A DNA stretch of 64,000 nt from an uncultured Pseudomonadota bacterium (GCA_963836235.1 CAWIIP010000002.1:1664001-1728000); one strand, 5' to 3'. Counted from the first letter of the stretch, positions 37,872-47,970 are shown. Translations and numbers: made by a program. The notes: a model not told the origin generated them from the sequence alone.

Positions 37872-38876
37872 TTGAAAGGCGGGGGATTTATCCCGATGGT
37901 TCAGCCAGGCCCGGAACTTTTATGGGCCTCCGCGAAAATGAATCCTGTGGTGGCCAAGAGGTGTCTGATGAATATCGGGCGATGGATTCAGAACCAATCG
38001 AAAACCCATATCCTCCTACTGGCGACTTTCCTGTTTCTGCTGGATGAATATATCGACTACCGCACCGGGCCGGAGCTCAACGTCTCTTTCTTTCACCTGG
38101 TGCCGCTCTTCCTGATCGTCTGGAACTCAGGATTCATTCCCGGCCTCTTTTATTCGTTCTTTTGCTCCCTCGTCATTTTTGTTGTCACCATCCAACCCAC
38201 CTTCACCCGGCCGACCTCCCTGGAAATTTCCAACGCGCTAGCCAACCTGGTCTTCTTCGTGGCTTTTTCCGCCGTCCTGGGCCAGTTGAAGAAATACCTG
38301 GAGAAAGTGACTTTCATGGCGGAGATTGACGGCTTAACGAACCTGCTCAACGCCCGTTCCTTTTACCAGCGCGCCGATAGGGAAGTGCGAGTTTGCGCCC
38401 AAAGCGGCCGGCCCTTCACCGTCCTTTACCTGGACGTGGACAATTTCAAGGAAGTGAACGACAGTTTCGGCCATACCGCCGGGGACGAGATACTGAAAAA
38501 AATCGGGAAAGTCCTCAACGCACAGTTCCGCAAAAACGACCTGCGGGCCCGGATCGGCGGGGACGAATTCGCGGTCCTTCTGCCCGGCTTTTCCAAGGAA
38601 GAAGCCACGATCGAGATTCCCCAATTCCACGCCCTCTTGAACCAAGCCCTGCGGGAAACCAAGGGGACCATGACCTGTAGCCTGGGGGCGGTGACTTTTC
38701 TCCAAGCCCCACCCAGCGCGAAGGATGCCCTACACGAGGCTGATATGCTCATGTACCGGGTGAAGATGGGGGGAAAGAACAGCTTTCTCTGTCAAACATC
38801 CATCGGGAAAGGATTCGAAACCCCGTCCACCCCTGAACGGCCCGCCAAGGAACCCGTGGAAACAGGAAAGCGCTGA
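37872..38876 (+). CDS. Membrane-bound diguanylate cyclase (start uncertain)
   Basis: N-terminal TM helices; DGLTNLLN, DVDNFK.VND.FGH..GD, RKND I-site, GGDEF. Confidence 0.92.
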   Translation: MKGGGFIPMVQPGPELLWASAKMNPVVAKRCLMNIGRWIQNQSKTHILLLATFLFLLDEYIDYRTGPELNVSFFHLVPLFLIVWNSGFIPGLFYSFFCSLVIFVVTIQPTFTRPTSLEISNALANLVFFVAFSAVLGQLKKYLEKVTFMAEIDGLTNLLNARSFYQRADREVRVCAQSGRPFTVLYLDVDNFKEVNDSFGHTAGDEILKKIGKVLNAQFRKNDLRARIGGDEFAVLLPGFSKEEATIEIPQFHALLNQALRETKGTMTCSLGAVTFLQAPPSAKDALHEADMLMYRVKMGGKNSFLCQTSIGKGFETPSTPERPAKEPVETGKR

Positions 38877-38905
38877 GGCGGAGGAAGGGAGTCCCGGGAG
38901 AGGTT

Positions 38906-39538
38906 CTACCGCTTGGACTCCCCCAGCCGCTTGATGTTTTTATCCGCTTCCAGGTCGGCCTTTTCCTCCCCTGAAGTTGCCGCCAAATCCATCCGGATAC
39001 GGTTCAATTCCTCAAGGTTTTCCTGGAGGATGCGGCAAAGCGAGTCGCTGTTCTTCAAAGCCAAGGAAGAACCTTGTTTCGGGTCCGGCGCCGGATTTTT
39101 TTTATCCATCTTGTGGAAATATTTTTGAGAGGCTTCAGGGCCCAAGCCGATGGCCAGCCCCTGGATAACCCGGTGCTGCCAATCGTTGATTTTCGAGAAA
39201 AAATCCTTCTCCTCCGAAAGGTCGAAAAGGCCGTTGCCCTGCTTGATAAGGGAATCCAGGTAAGCCTTGAAGAAGGCCATGGAGGTCTGGTCGAACACTT
39301 CCTTACGCTTCACCGCGTATTCGATGGAAACGAACCAAAGAATGACCAGCCACCCGATCACCCAGCCATACCAAGGAAGCCAGAGGACGATCTCCCAGAG
39401 CCGGGTGTTGGCTTTGGAGGGGGGAATCCGCCCGAAAACAAACCGGGTCGCTTGCAGGACCGCGAAAACCCCCAGGAGCACCGGGTTTCCGAGGGTGAGT
39501 TTGATGATTTCCAAACGCTCTTTGAGGCTCTTGATCAT
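38906..39538 (-). CDS. Hypothetical membrane protein
   Basis: Two N-terminal hydrophobic segments and a helical C-terminus. Confidence 0.55.
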   Translation of the reverse strand: MIKSLKERLEIIKLTLGNPVLLGVFAVLQATRFVFGRIPPSKANTRLWEIVLWLPWYGWVIGWLVILWFVSIEYAVKRKEVFDQTSMAFFKAYLDSLIKQGNGLFDLSEEKDFFSKINDWQHRVIQGLAIGLGPEASQKYFHKMDKKNPAPDPKQGSSLALKNSDSLCRILQENLEELNRIRMDLAATSGEEKADLEADKNIKRLGESKR

Positions 39539-39584
39539 TTTAAAATTCTAACTGAACCACCTTCGAATAGGAAACATTCCGGGG

Positions 39585-40250
39585 TTAAAAGGTTCCGTTC
39601 TCCAAGTGGGTTCCGAACCAGAGGTCCCGGTGAATGACACCGGCCGCTTTTAGGGCGCCTTTTTCAGCCTGGGAGTCCATGAGGTCCGGCGCTTGGGTGA
39701 TATCCGGCACCCTCCGGGTCTCGATTATCACTTCGGGATTTCCTTCCAAGCGGTAAAGGCCGGCTCCACTTTCTCGCGGGATCAGGTCCTTTTCGGCGTC
39801 CAAAATTTTTTCCCCAGTCCCGAGATCCTTCACTTCATAGCGGGCCACCACCATGCCGCCCGTCCTTTGGGCCAGGTTGAGGTCGGGACCATTCTCCCCA
39901 GGGACACCGGCCCACATCAGGGGCAGGCCCATGCCGGAGCCGATGCAGGCCGTGAGGAAATTGGACGACCGGACGAAGTCCACCCCCTTTCTCAGGTCGG
40001 CGCAGGAAAAGGCCAGGATATAGGTCTTGGGGTCCTGGGGGTCGCGCAGGAAGCTAAAGGCCAAAAAACCCTGACCTTTCAGGTCGTTTTGTGGGCGGAA
40101 GAAACTTTTCTTGAAATCGTCGATGTCGCAAATTTGCTGGCGGATGAATAGGGTTCCGGGAACCTCAGGATAGGGGTTTTGAAGGCGGCAGGATGAGGCG
40201 GCTAAAAGAAACGGGAGGCAGGCCCAAAGTAAGTCAGGCCTTTTTCGCAA
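39585..40250 (-). CDS. Hypothetical lipoprotein
   Basis: Lipobox ASSC; overlaps the upstream gene in a minus-strand operon. Confidence 0.55.
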   Translation of the reverse strand: MRKRPDLLWACLPFLLAASSCRLQNPYPEVPGTLFIRQQICDIDDFKKSFFRPQNDLKGQGFLAFSFLRDPQDPKTYILAFSCADLRKGVDFVRSSNFLTACIGSGMGLPLMWAGVPGENGPDLNLAQRTGGMVVARYEVKDLGTGEKILDAEKDLIPRESGAGLYRLEGNPEVIIETRRVPDITQAPDLMDSQAEKGALKAAGVIHRDLWFGTHLENGTF

Positions 40251-40590
40251 GGCCGTAATCCGTCAAGAACCAGACCACCAGAATGACGGCGCCGTTCAAG
40301 ACGTAAAAAAATTCCGCCGCCGGTTCGGGGCCGAAACCCAGGAGGAAAGGAAGGGCGATCAGGACGGGCCCGACGACCAACTCGATGATCCCGTGCCATT
40401 TCAAGGGAATGACCTTCAGGGCACCCAGGGGAAAATCGGTCAAGAGGGTCAGGAGCAGATGGACCCCCGCCAGGGTATAAGAAATGGCGGCGGGAACCGC
40501 CGACAGGTGGAGCAGGGTGGGCGCTCCCAGGAAAATGAGAACTACCAGGTAATCCAGGACACCGTGGACTTTCGCGTTGAGGATATTCAT
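40234..40590 (-). CDS. Small membrane protein (SPW-repeat-like)
   Basis: Two repeats HGVLDY...AP and HGIIEL...LP, each ending LTD(F/Y). Confidence 0.7.
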   Translation of the reverse strand: MNILNAKVHGVLDYLVVLIFLGAPTLLHLSAVPAAISYTLAGVHLLLTLLTDFPLGALKVIPLKWHGIIELVVGPVLIALPFLLGFGPEPAAEFFYVLNGAVILVVWFLTDYGLAKKA

Positions 40591-41219
40591 GGTTTTGCCT
40601 CCTTGGCGGCTTTTAATAAATCATCCGGATTCACCCGCACCTTGATGTCGGGGTTGTAGTAAACGAAATGGATGAGGCCCTTGGGGTCCACCACGTAAGC
40701 CGCCGGCACCGGCAGCATGTGGAGATGGTTGCCCGTGGCCCCCTCCAGGTCCACGCCGAAGCCCTTCATCTTGGCCAGGATTTTGGGACTGACCTTATAT
40801 GCCAGTTTGAATTTCCGGGTGACCTCCATCGGGCTGTCGGACAGGAGGGTGTAATTGATCTGGTGCTTGTCGAGGCTTTCCTTCAGCTTTTGGGGCTGGT
40901 CCGGGGAGATGGCCAGCACTTGATAGCCCATTTTTTCCAGGTCGGGCTCGATCTTCACCAATTGGCCCATTTGCAGGTTGCAGTAGGGGCACCAGCCTCC
41001 CCTATAAAAGATGAGGACCGAGGGTTTTTGCGCGATGAGGGTTTTGAGTTTAACTTTTTTGCCCTCCAAGGTCGTTAGGGTCCCCTCTGGCACCGAATCT
41101 CCTACTCCTAAGGGATGGACGTCCTGAGCGGAAAGAGGCATGGTCCCGGCAAAGGATTTTTTTACCATCGCCACCGACAGCAAAAGTAACACTAGGCCGG
41201 CGGCAAAAATTTTAATCAT
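40587..41219 (-). CDS. Exported peroxiredoxin-like (AhpC/TSA-2) protein
   Basis: Signal peptide; FYRGGWCPYCN; LPVPAAYVVD..G.I. Confidence 0.88.
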   Translation of the reverse strand: MIKIFAAGLVLLLLSVAMVKKSFAGTMPLSAQDVHPLGVGDSVPEGTLTTLEGKKVKLKTLIAQKPSVLIFYRGGWCPYCNLQMGQLVKIEPDLEKMGYQVLAISPDQPQKLKESLDKHQINYTLLSDSPMEVTRKFKLAYKVSPKILAKMKGFGVDLEGATGNHLHMLPVPAAYVVDPKGLIHFVYYNPDIKVRVNPDDLLKAAKEAKP

Positions 41220-41280
41220 TCATTTCTCCTGTGAATAGGTTCTCAAATGAGTTGAAAGGCAGGACGCTCTTTTTCGTTAA

Positions 41281-41306
41281 TACGGCTAGGATTTTTAAAA
41301 GGTTAC
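41281..41306 (-). promoter_or_regulatory. Putative ECF-sigma promoter GTAAC-N17-CGTA
   Basis: Exact motif on the minus strand upstream of the peroxiredoxin-like gene; repeated before dipZ and (as a variant) msrB. Confidence 0.55.
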
Positions 41307-41323
41307 CTCTTGATTCAACGCCT

Positions 41324-43293
41324 TTAAAGCACCCTCACCGGCACCACCATCATGTTGAGCCCTTTGAAGACCAGCCGGGGCTGGATTTCTAGGGCGATAT
41401 GGTTGTGCAGTAAAGGCGTCCAGAGGGATTCCTTGGCGAAGATGAGCTTTCCGATAAAAAAGGTAGGGTTCCGGAAATCCGCCGCTGCCTTGTCGCAGAG
41501 GCCTTCCATGCCCTCGATCACGTCGGTGGCCACGGCGTAACGGTATTCCCCCCGGCAGCCCATGCGGTTTACCAGGTCCACATATTGCTTCAGGTTGTTT
41601 TCGGTGTCGGCTTTCAGGTTCTCCAGTTCCTCAACGCCCTTGAACTTGCCCGAATCCACCCGGGCGATGGAAAGGAAAAGAAAATCCTTGAAGCGGTTTT
41701 CGAAGATCTTTTCCGTCGAGAAAACCGCGTGGATGCCCAACCCGCCATAGCGGTCCACCAGCACCACCGCCGTGTGTTTGGCCTTGTCGCATCCGACCTT
41801 TTTCAGCTTTTTTGAAGCCTTTGGCAGGGGCAAGTCCTCCAGGTTGTCGTCCAGGCGTTTCAAAGCCCTCGCCACGCCCTTGTAATGGCGCTTGACCAGG
41901 AAACAAAGGACGATTAGCGCTCCCGTGATGAGCAGAGTGATGAAGCCCCCTTGCGTGAACTTCGTGGCCAGGGTGGCGGTCAGCACGATGGTGGTCAGGC
42001 AAAAGCCCAGCCCGTTGATAAAAAACTTCAAATACCAGCCCTTCTTTTGCTTTCGGACCTTCCACCAATGGATGCACATGGAAAGCTGGGAGAGGTTGAA
42101 GGTGATGAAGACGTTGATTGCGAAGAGAATGATCAAAAAGTCCACGTTCCCCCTGGAAAGCACCAGCAGGACCAGCGAAACGGCGCCGATGAAAAGCACC
42201 CCGTTCTTGCGCACCAATTGATGGGAAAGGTTGGCGAAACGCTGGGGCAGCCAGGAATCCACCGCCAGGTTGGCCATCACGATGGGGCCGCCGATGAAGC
42301 CGGTCTGGGCGGCGATGAACAACAAAAGCCCCTCGGAGAGGATGGTCACGGTTGAAATCCAGGCGCCCCACTGGTTGCCGAAGAGGGGAAGGAAAACAGC
42401 GTCGGCCAGGGAGGTGTTGAGGGTTTTGTCCGGTTGGAATTGGACGTCGAAAAGCACGTAGAGGAACAGGATGCCCCCGGCCGCCAGCGAAAGAGACACC
42501 GCCATGTACATCATGGTGCGCTGGCCGGTTCGCACCCGGGGTTCCTGGAGGCTGGCCATCCCGCTGGAGACCGCCTCCAGGCCCGTATAGGTCCCGCCGC
42601 CCAGGCTGTAGGCGGTGAAAAAGATCACGAGGAAGCCCCAAAGCCCCGTCGGCCCTGAGATGATCTGGTGGGTCTCGGTGAAGGCGCCCTGGATCACCGA
42701 GGGAATCTGGGTGAAGTGGCTCCAAAGCCCCGCCCCGATCAGGAGGGAATGGGTGGCCACGAAAAGCAGGAAGAGGGGCAGTAGGGGTTTGATGGATTCA
42801 TTGAGGCCCCGCAGGTTCAGCCAAATGAGGAGGATCACCACGGTCACCTCCAGGGCCAGCTTGTGGGGCAGTAGGGGGGAGCGAAGGAGCTGATGGCGTC
42901 CACGGCGGCGGCGATGGAAATGGAAATATCCAAAATATAATCCACCAGCAGGGCGCAGCCGGAGAAAAGCCCGGCCACGGGGCTCAAAAGCTTGCTGGCC
43001 ACCACGTAGCCGCCGCCCCCGCTGGGGAATTGCTCGATGATCTGGTTGTAGCTGGCGGAAATAATGAAGACCGTCACGGCGGTGGCCAGGGCCAAGAAGA
43101 TGGAAATATGGTGATAGGCCGCGCCCAGGGCCTTATAGGCTTCCGGCGGACCGTAGGCGGCGGAGGAGAGGCCGTCCGCTCCCAAGCCCACCCAGGCCAG
43201 GAACGCGATGAGGGAAATCTTGTGGAAGACGTCTTTATTCATGGGGTCCAGGGTCTTGCCCAGGACGATTTCTTCCATTTTTCTTTCCTGCAT
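41324..43293 (-). pseudogene. KimA/YdaO-like APC-family K+ transporter split by a homopolymer frameshift
   Basis: GADGLSSAAYG, PSGGGGY, DYIL in the 5' ORF; NLRG..ES, TGLEAVS.G in the 3' ORF; adding one C to the C6 run (G6 at 42874-42879) fuses them. May be a sequencing error. Confidence 0.8.
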
Positions 43294-43466
43294 GATGGCT
43301 CCTAACTTCGAATGAGAAAACGCCATTCTAGGTCTTGTCTTGCCGGACGCCTATCGGCAAGATGTTATAAAGCCGGAAATTCCAGACCTAGCTTCTTAGG
43401 AAATGCTGTCGTCTCGCGGACCTTGAGTTAAAATACGGGGATTATTCACCCAAGGAGGACATTGAT

Positions 43467-43784
43467 ATGCGCTGGTACCACTACTTTTCCTATTTTTGGG
43501 GCGGGGCCTTTTTGGCCAACGCCGTCCCCCATTTCGTCAGCGGGATCACGGGGCATCCCTTTCAAAGCCCCTTCGCCTCGCCCCCTGGCGTGGGATTATC
43601 CTCCTCAACCTTGAACGTGTTGTGGGGATCGTTCAATTTCGCCGTGGCCTACTGGCTCTTGTGCCGGGTTGGCCAGTTCGACCTTCGCCAGACGGGACAG
43701 GTTCTGGTCACGGCCTTGGGCGCCTTACTGATGGCGGTGATGCTGGCCCATCACTTTGGGCAGTTCTACGGCGGCCTCATCTGA
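43467..43784 (+). CDS. Small membrane protein
   Basis: GGAGG RBS; FLANAVPHFVSG..G..FQSPFA.PPG.GLSS...NVLWG. Confidence 0.75.
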   Translation: MRWYHYFSYFWGGAFLANAVPHFVSGITGHPFQSPFASPPGVGLSSSTLNVLWGSFNFAVAYWLLCRVGQFDLRQTGQVLVTALGALLMAVMLAHHFGQFYGGLI

Positions 43785-43793
43785 TCTTTTGCG

Positions 43794-43819
43794 GTAACTT
43801 TTCAACCGCCTTTCCGGTA
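43794..43819 (+). promoter_or_regulatory. Putative ECF-sigma promoter variant GTAAC-N17-GGTA
   Basis: Directly upstream of msrB. Confidence 0.4.
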
Positions 43820-43860
43820 GAACCTTTTGGGTCAAAGAATGGATTATGGAGGGGGAAGCG

Positions 43861-44436
43861 GTGAAAAGAATGATGAAGTGGTTTATGGTGGCCGTGATGG
43901 GTCTGTTTTTCCGGGTTCACCCGGCGCAAGCTGATTCAATGAATGGAGGACAAGCCATGGGCAGCGACAATATGGGAACGCCGACCGAGGGGATGAAGTA
44001 CAAGAAACTCACGAAGGAGGAGCTGAAGAAAAAGCTCACGCCCCTTCAATACCAAGTGACCCAGGAAGAGGGCACGGAAGCGCCTTTTCATAACACCTAT
44101 TGGGACAACCACGCCGATGGCATTTACGTGGACGTGGTCTCGGGCGAACCCCTTTTCAGCTCCACCGACAAATTCGATTCAGGAACGGGCTGGCCCAGTT
44201 TTACCCAGCCCCTGGAGTCGGGGGATATCCAGAAAAAAGAAGATAAAACCCTGTTCATGGACCGCACCGAGGTGCGAAGCCAGCACGGCAATTGCCACCT
44301 GGGGCACGTGTTCGACGACGGCCCGGCCCCGACGGGATTGCGCTATTGCATCAATTCCGCTTCCTTGCGGTTCATCCCCAAGGCGGATTTAGAGAAGGAA
44401 GGCTACGGAAAGTACCTGAAGCTTTTCAAAAAATAA
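43861..44436 (+). CDS. msrB: Peptide-methionine (R)-S-oxide reductase with export signal
   Basis: [41 protein letters not shown]; N-terminal signal peptide. Confidence 0.95.
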   Translation: MKRMMKWFMVAVMGLFFRVHPAQADSMNGGQAMGSDNMGTPTEGMKYKKLTKEELKKKLTPLQYQVTQEEGTEAPFHNTYWDNHADGIYVDVVSGEPLFSSTDKFDSGTGWPSFTQPLESGDIQKKEDKTLFMDRTEVRSQHGNCHLGHVFDDGPAPTGLRYCINSASLRFIPKADLEKEGYGKYLKLFKK

Positions 44437-44444
44437 AAAGCTGA

Positions 44445-44597
44445 TGAACCACGAAGACACGAAGGGCACTAAGAACGACGAAAAGCAAAAATCTTTAACC
44501 GTGTGATCTAAAGTCTTTTTCAGCCCCGGTTAAAAGATGTTATAGGTCCAACATTTTTTTCCGCTTTTCTTGGTGCCCTTCGTGTCTTCGTGGTTCA
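44445..44597. repeat. 31-bp REP-like inverted repeat with 91-nt spacer
   Basis: TGAACCACGAAGACACGAAGGGCACTAAGAA (44445-75) vs 44567-97, 30/31 complementary. Confidence 0.9.
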
Positions 44598-44622
44598 AAA
44601 TGTTTTTTCTTCGCTTCCCGGT

Positions 44623-45717
44623 TTACTTCCCCGTATAAATCACCTTGAAAATCCTTCCGCCGTGGTCGTCGGACACGAAAAGCTCGCCCTTGGGGCCGGT
44701 CAGGACATCCACGGGCCGTCCGATGTGCTCGGCGCCTTGGAGAAATCCCCACAAAAAATTCCGGGGTTTCCCGGAGGGCCGGTCGCCCTTCAAAGGCACG
44801 AAGACCACCTTGTAGCCGGTCGGAATGCTCCGATTCCAGCTTCCGTGAAAACAAATGAAAAAGCCACGCTGGTATTTCTTGGGGAATGCCGCGCCGGTGT
44901 AGAAGGTCATTCCCAAGGGGGCCGAATGGGCCTGGTACTCCAAGACCGGGAAACCGGTCTGGCGCACACCGTACTGCCCAAAATCGGGGTCGGGCACGGC
45001 CTTTCCCGGCAGGCTGTAGGAATAGGGCCAGCCGTAATCCTTGCCCTGCTGGATGAGGTCGATGGTCTCCGGGGGCAGGTCGTCGCCCAGGTAATCCCGG
45101 CCGTTCACTGAAGCCCAAAGTTCCCCGGTGCCGGGCCTAAAGGCAAGCCCTACGGCGTTGCGCAGGCCGCCGGCGTAAACCTCAAAATGAGACCCGTCCG
45201 GGTCGCAGCGGCAAATGGCGGCGTAGCGGGGGTCCGGCTCGACGCAGACGTCGCAGGTGCTTCCGATGGAAATATAAATTTTCCCGTCGGGCCCGAAAGC
45301 CAGGGTGCGGGTGAAATGCCGCCCGCCTGGAGGGAATTCCACTACCGTTTGGCCATCCTCTTTCGAAAGTTGTCGGTCCCCCGGGGTGAAGCGGGCCAGC
45401 CGGTCGGTCTCGGCGACATAAAGAAAGCCCTGATGGAAGGCCAGGCTGTGGGGCGTCATCAACCCGTCGATCACGACTCTCATTTCCGTGGAAGTTCCGG
45501 TTTGCCCGGGGTCCAGCAGTTCCAGGATGTGGCCCCCTTTCATGTCGCAAACGAAAAGGTTCCCCTCCGGCGAGAGGGCCATGCCCCGGGCGTTGCCCAG
45601 GTCGGACGCGTAAACCGAAACCTGGAATCCCGGCAGGGTGGAAAGGCGGGAAGCCGCGTCGGCCCACAAAAAGCCGGGAAAAAGAAGTAAGACGGCCGCG
45701 AGCCATGGACGCAACAT
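44623..45717 (-). CDS. PQQ-dependent sugar/sorbosone dehydrogenase family beta-propeller
   Basis: H.TR...FGPDGK.Y.SIGS.C..C, GLRNAVG, DYGWP, AHSAPLG, HGSWNR, GRPVDV. Confidence 0.9.
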   Translation of the reverse strand: MLRPWLAAVLLLFPGFLWADAASRLSTLPGFQVSVYASDLGNARGMALSPEGNLFVCDMKGGHILELLDPGQTGTSTEMRVVIDGLMTPHSLAFHQGFLYVAETDRLARFTPGDRQLSKEDGQTVVEFPPGGRHFTRTLAFGPDGKIYISIGSTCDVCVEPDPRYAAICRCDPDGSHFEVYAGGLRNAVGLAFRPGTGELWASVNGRDYLGDDLPPETIDLIQQGKDYGWPYSYSLPGKAVPDPDFGQYGVRQTGFPVLEYQAHSAPLGMTFYTGAAFPKKYQRGFFICFHGSWNRSIPTGYKVVFVPLKGDRPSGKPRNFLWGFLQGAEHIGRPVDVLTGPKGELFVSDDHGGRIFKVIYTGK

Positions 45718-45810
45718 AAGCTCCTCAAACCGGCTTTTGTAACTACAACATCATAAACCTGATTAAGAATTTTCTCCTTAGGCCAATGAATAGTTTTTAG
45801 GGAAAGGTTG

Positions 45811-45980
45811 GGGCAGGGAACGGGGAAGTAACGGGCTTATCCTTCCAATTTTATGATCTGATCATAAATAGGCCTTCGTTTTTAGATTGGGTTTTCGGGG
45901 CGTTCGGCAGGGCAGGGAATGGAGAAGTAAAGCAGGCCTATTCTTCCAATAGTGTGATCTGATCACATTTATTAGGAGCC
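45811..45980. repeat. Two diverged ~65-bp direct repeats, each with a TGATCTGATCA palindrome
   Basis: Copies start GGGCAGGGAA at 45811 and 45910, then GAAGTAA...CTTCCAAT...TRTGATCTGATCAYA. Confidence 0.75.
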
Positions 45981-46115
45981 CTAACCACCTTGAACCCGCC
46001 AATGGGAGTCGTTTTATAACCCGGTAATAAAAAGCCTCCTTTCCCATTTACACCCCCCTCCCGCTTGATTATCGTTCCCTTGGGAAAATCAACGGTTTTC
46101 AGGGGAAGGCTTGGC

Positions 46116-46865
46116 ATGGAACATTGGGAAGCTTGGTGCAACCTGGGGGGGTCCCTCCTGGGCGCCTTGGGCGGGCTTTACCTGACCTATGACATCCTGG
46201 GCGGGAAGGACGGGCCCCTGGCCGGGGTGACCCGGGTGGTGACCTACTCGGCCTTATTCGCCATCGCCTATAGCGCGGGGCTGGGCTTGAAGTTTGGCTT
46301 GATCTCCAGTTTTGGGATGGGGGTCATCCTGGGGTACGAGTTCTACCTGGAATCCCGCCGCGTCCGTACCAAGGGAAAGCCCCGGCATTGGGCCACGGTG
46401 TTGGCCTTGGGCGCCAGCAGGGCCTTCATCCTTTCCCTGGGTTTGATGTCCATCACCAACTGGCGGATATTTTTATTCCTCTTCCCGCTTTATGCCCTTT
46501 TCATCTGCGGGACCTATTTTTTAGGTTTTTCCCCGGCGGATAACCTCAAGGTGTGCAAACGGCTGGAACTGAGGGCCGTGAATTTTTGGGTGTCGATCCT
46601 GCGGGGGGTGGGGGCTGGGCTTTCCTTTTGGGCGGCGGTTTCCATTGTTTCGGCTTTGGAACACTTATGCTTTTCATTCGCCCCGGCCTGGCGGGTGGGA
46701 CTGACCATCGGCGGCACCAGCTTTTTCGTCGGGTCTTTCACCCCCTGGGTGGAATATTGGGTGGACCGGATGTCCCGGCGCTGGCTGGCGGTAGTAGGGG
46801 TCACTTTCGCCATACTGGGTTTCCTGATCCAGGCCTTACCCAATTGGATTGTCTTACTCCAATAA
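46116..46865 (+). CDS. Hypothetical integral membrane protein
   Basis: Multiple TM segments; start at 46116 chosen over 46065. Confidence 0.65.
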   Translation: MEHWEAWCNLGGSLLGALGGLYLTYDILGGKDGPLAGVTRVVTYSALFAIAYSAGLGLKFGLISSFGMGVILGYEFYLESRRVRTKGKPRHWATVLALGASRAFILSLGLMSITNWRIFLFLFPLYALFICGTYFLGFSPADNLKVCKRLELRAVNFWVSILRGVGAGLSFWAAVSIVSALEHLCFSFAPAWRVGLTIGGTSFFVGSFTPWVEYWVDRMSRRWLAVVGVTFAILGFLIQALPNWIVLLQ

Positions 46866-46868
46866 TAG

Positions 46869-47534
46869 ATGTCCAAGGAGGCTCCTATGCGATTCGACCT
46901 GAGCCAAGTTCCCAAGAGAACCATCTACAATCTTATCAACGGTCTAGTGGCCCCACGCCCTATCGCCCTGGTCACCAGCCAGGGCCCCGGGGGCGTCCTC
47001 AACGCCGCCCCCTTCAGTTCCTACAACTACCTCTGCCACGATCCGGCCATACTGGGCTTTGGGGTGGCGGCCCGGCCTGACGGTAGCCAGACCCTTAAAG
47101 ATACGGTCCGCAATATCGAACAAACCGGTGAGTATGTGGTCAATGTGGTGACGGAGGATATCGGGAAGCAAATGAATATCTGCGGGGTGGATTTTCCCTC
47201 GGACGTGAGCGAGATGGAGATGGCGGGCTTTACCCCCGAGCCATCCCTGGTCGTCAAGACGCCCCGTATCAAGGAAGCCCACGCGGCGCTGGAATGCCGC
47301 CTCTTTCAAATTATCAAGCCCGGCCCGGGCCAGGCGCGCATTGTTTTAGGGAACGTGGTGGCGATTTATGTAGAGGACAAGTTTATCGACCCCCAGGGGC
47401 CTTATGTACTGGCGAAGGAACTTCATTCCATCGGCCGCATGAACGCCTTGAATTATTACGTCCACACTCGGGACGCCTTTTTTGAGATTCAGAGGTTAAA
47501 TTATGAGCAATGGCAAAAAGGTGAAAGGGGTTGA
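46869..47534 (+). CDS. Flavin reductase-like (split-barrel) protein
   Basis: VAPRPIALV, NAAPFS, KDTVRNI..TGE.VVN, ECR. Confidence 0.9.
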   Translation: MSKEAPMRFDLSQVPKRTIYNLINGLVAPRPIALVTSQGPGGVLNAAPFSSYNYLCHDPAILGFGVAARPDGSQTLKDTVRNIEQTGEYVVNVVTEDIGKQMNICGVDFPSDVSEMEMAGFTPEPSLVVKTPRIKEAHAALECRLFQIIKPGPGQARIVLGNVVAIYVEDKFIDPQGPYVLAKELHSIGRMNALNYYVHTRDAFFEIQRLNYEQWQKGERG

Positions 47535-47607
47535 GCCCGCAGAGATATGCCGCTGAAATATAAGCATACGGATGGGAAACTTTCGGTGGTGCTTCCCATT
47601 TGAAAAA

Positions 47608-47970
47608 CTATTTCACCACCGGTTCGATAGGGGAAAGATGGGCTTGGGTGCCTTCGGTGGGGAGACCGGCCTCAAACCATTCGTCGATACCGCCCGGATA
47701 GTTTTCCACTATGAAACCGCTGAGGCGCATGGCATGGGCCGCGCTGGCGCCGTCCGCGCGGCTTAAGTGGTCCCCGTAGGTGATGAAGAGTTTTTGCTTC
47801 CCATGCTTGCTTTCAACTTCCTGGAGGAAGGCGGCGTAATCCAGCGTCAAGGGCAGGCTCTGGGAGCCTTGAATATGAAGCTTTTGGAATGACTCTCGCG
47901 GAAGGACATTCAAGAGAACCACGCCTTCCTCCAGCCTTTTCACGGAGACTTCTTCTTTGGTCAGGGCCAT
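47608..47970 (-). CDS. Rhodanese-like protein lacking the active-site Cys
   Basis: LNVLP..F..LHIQGS; ITYG at the Cys position; YPGGIDEW..AGLP. Confidence 0.8.
   Translation of the reverse strand: MALTKEEVSVKRLEEGVVLLNVLPRESFQKLHIQGSQSLPLTLDYAAFLQEVESKHGKQKLFITYGDHLSRADGASAAHAMRLSGFIVENYPGGIDEWFEAGLPTEGTQAHLSPIEPVVK

Noticed and set aside
41631-42725. 364-aa alternate-frame ORF within the KimA-like gene
   Set aside because: Arg/Pro/Gly-rich off-frame translation of GC-rich coding DNA.
43327-43466. c-di-AMP (ydaO) riboswitch ahead of the kimA-like gene
   Set aside because: The characteristic conserved segments were not found; only a generic branched hairpin is present.
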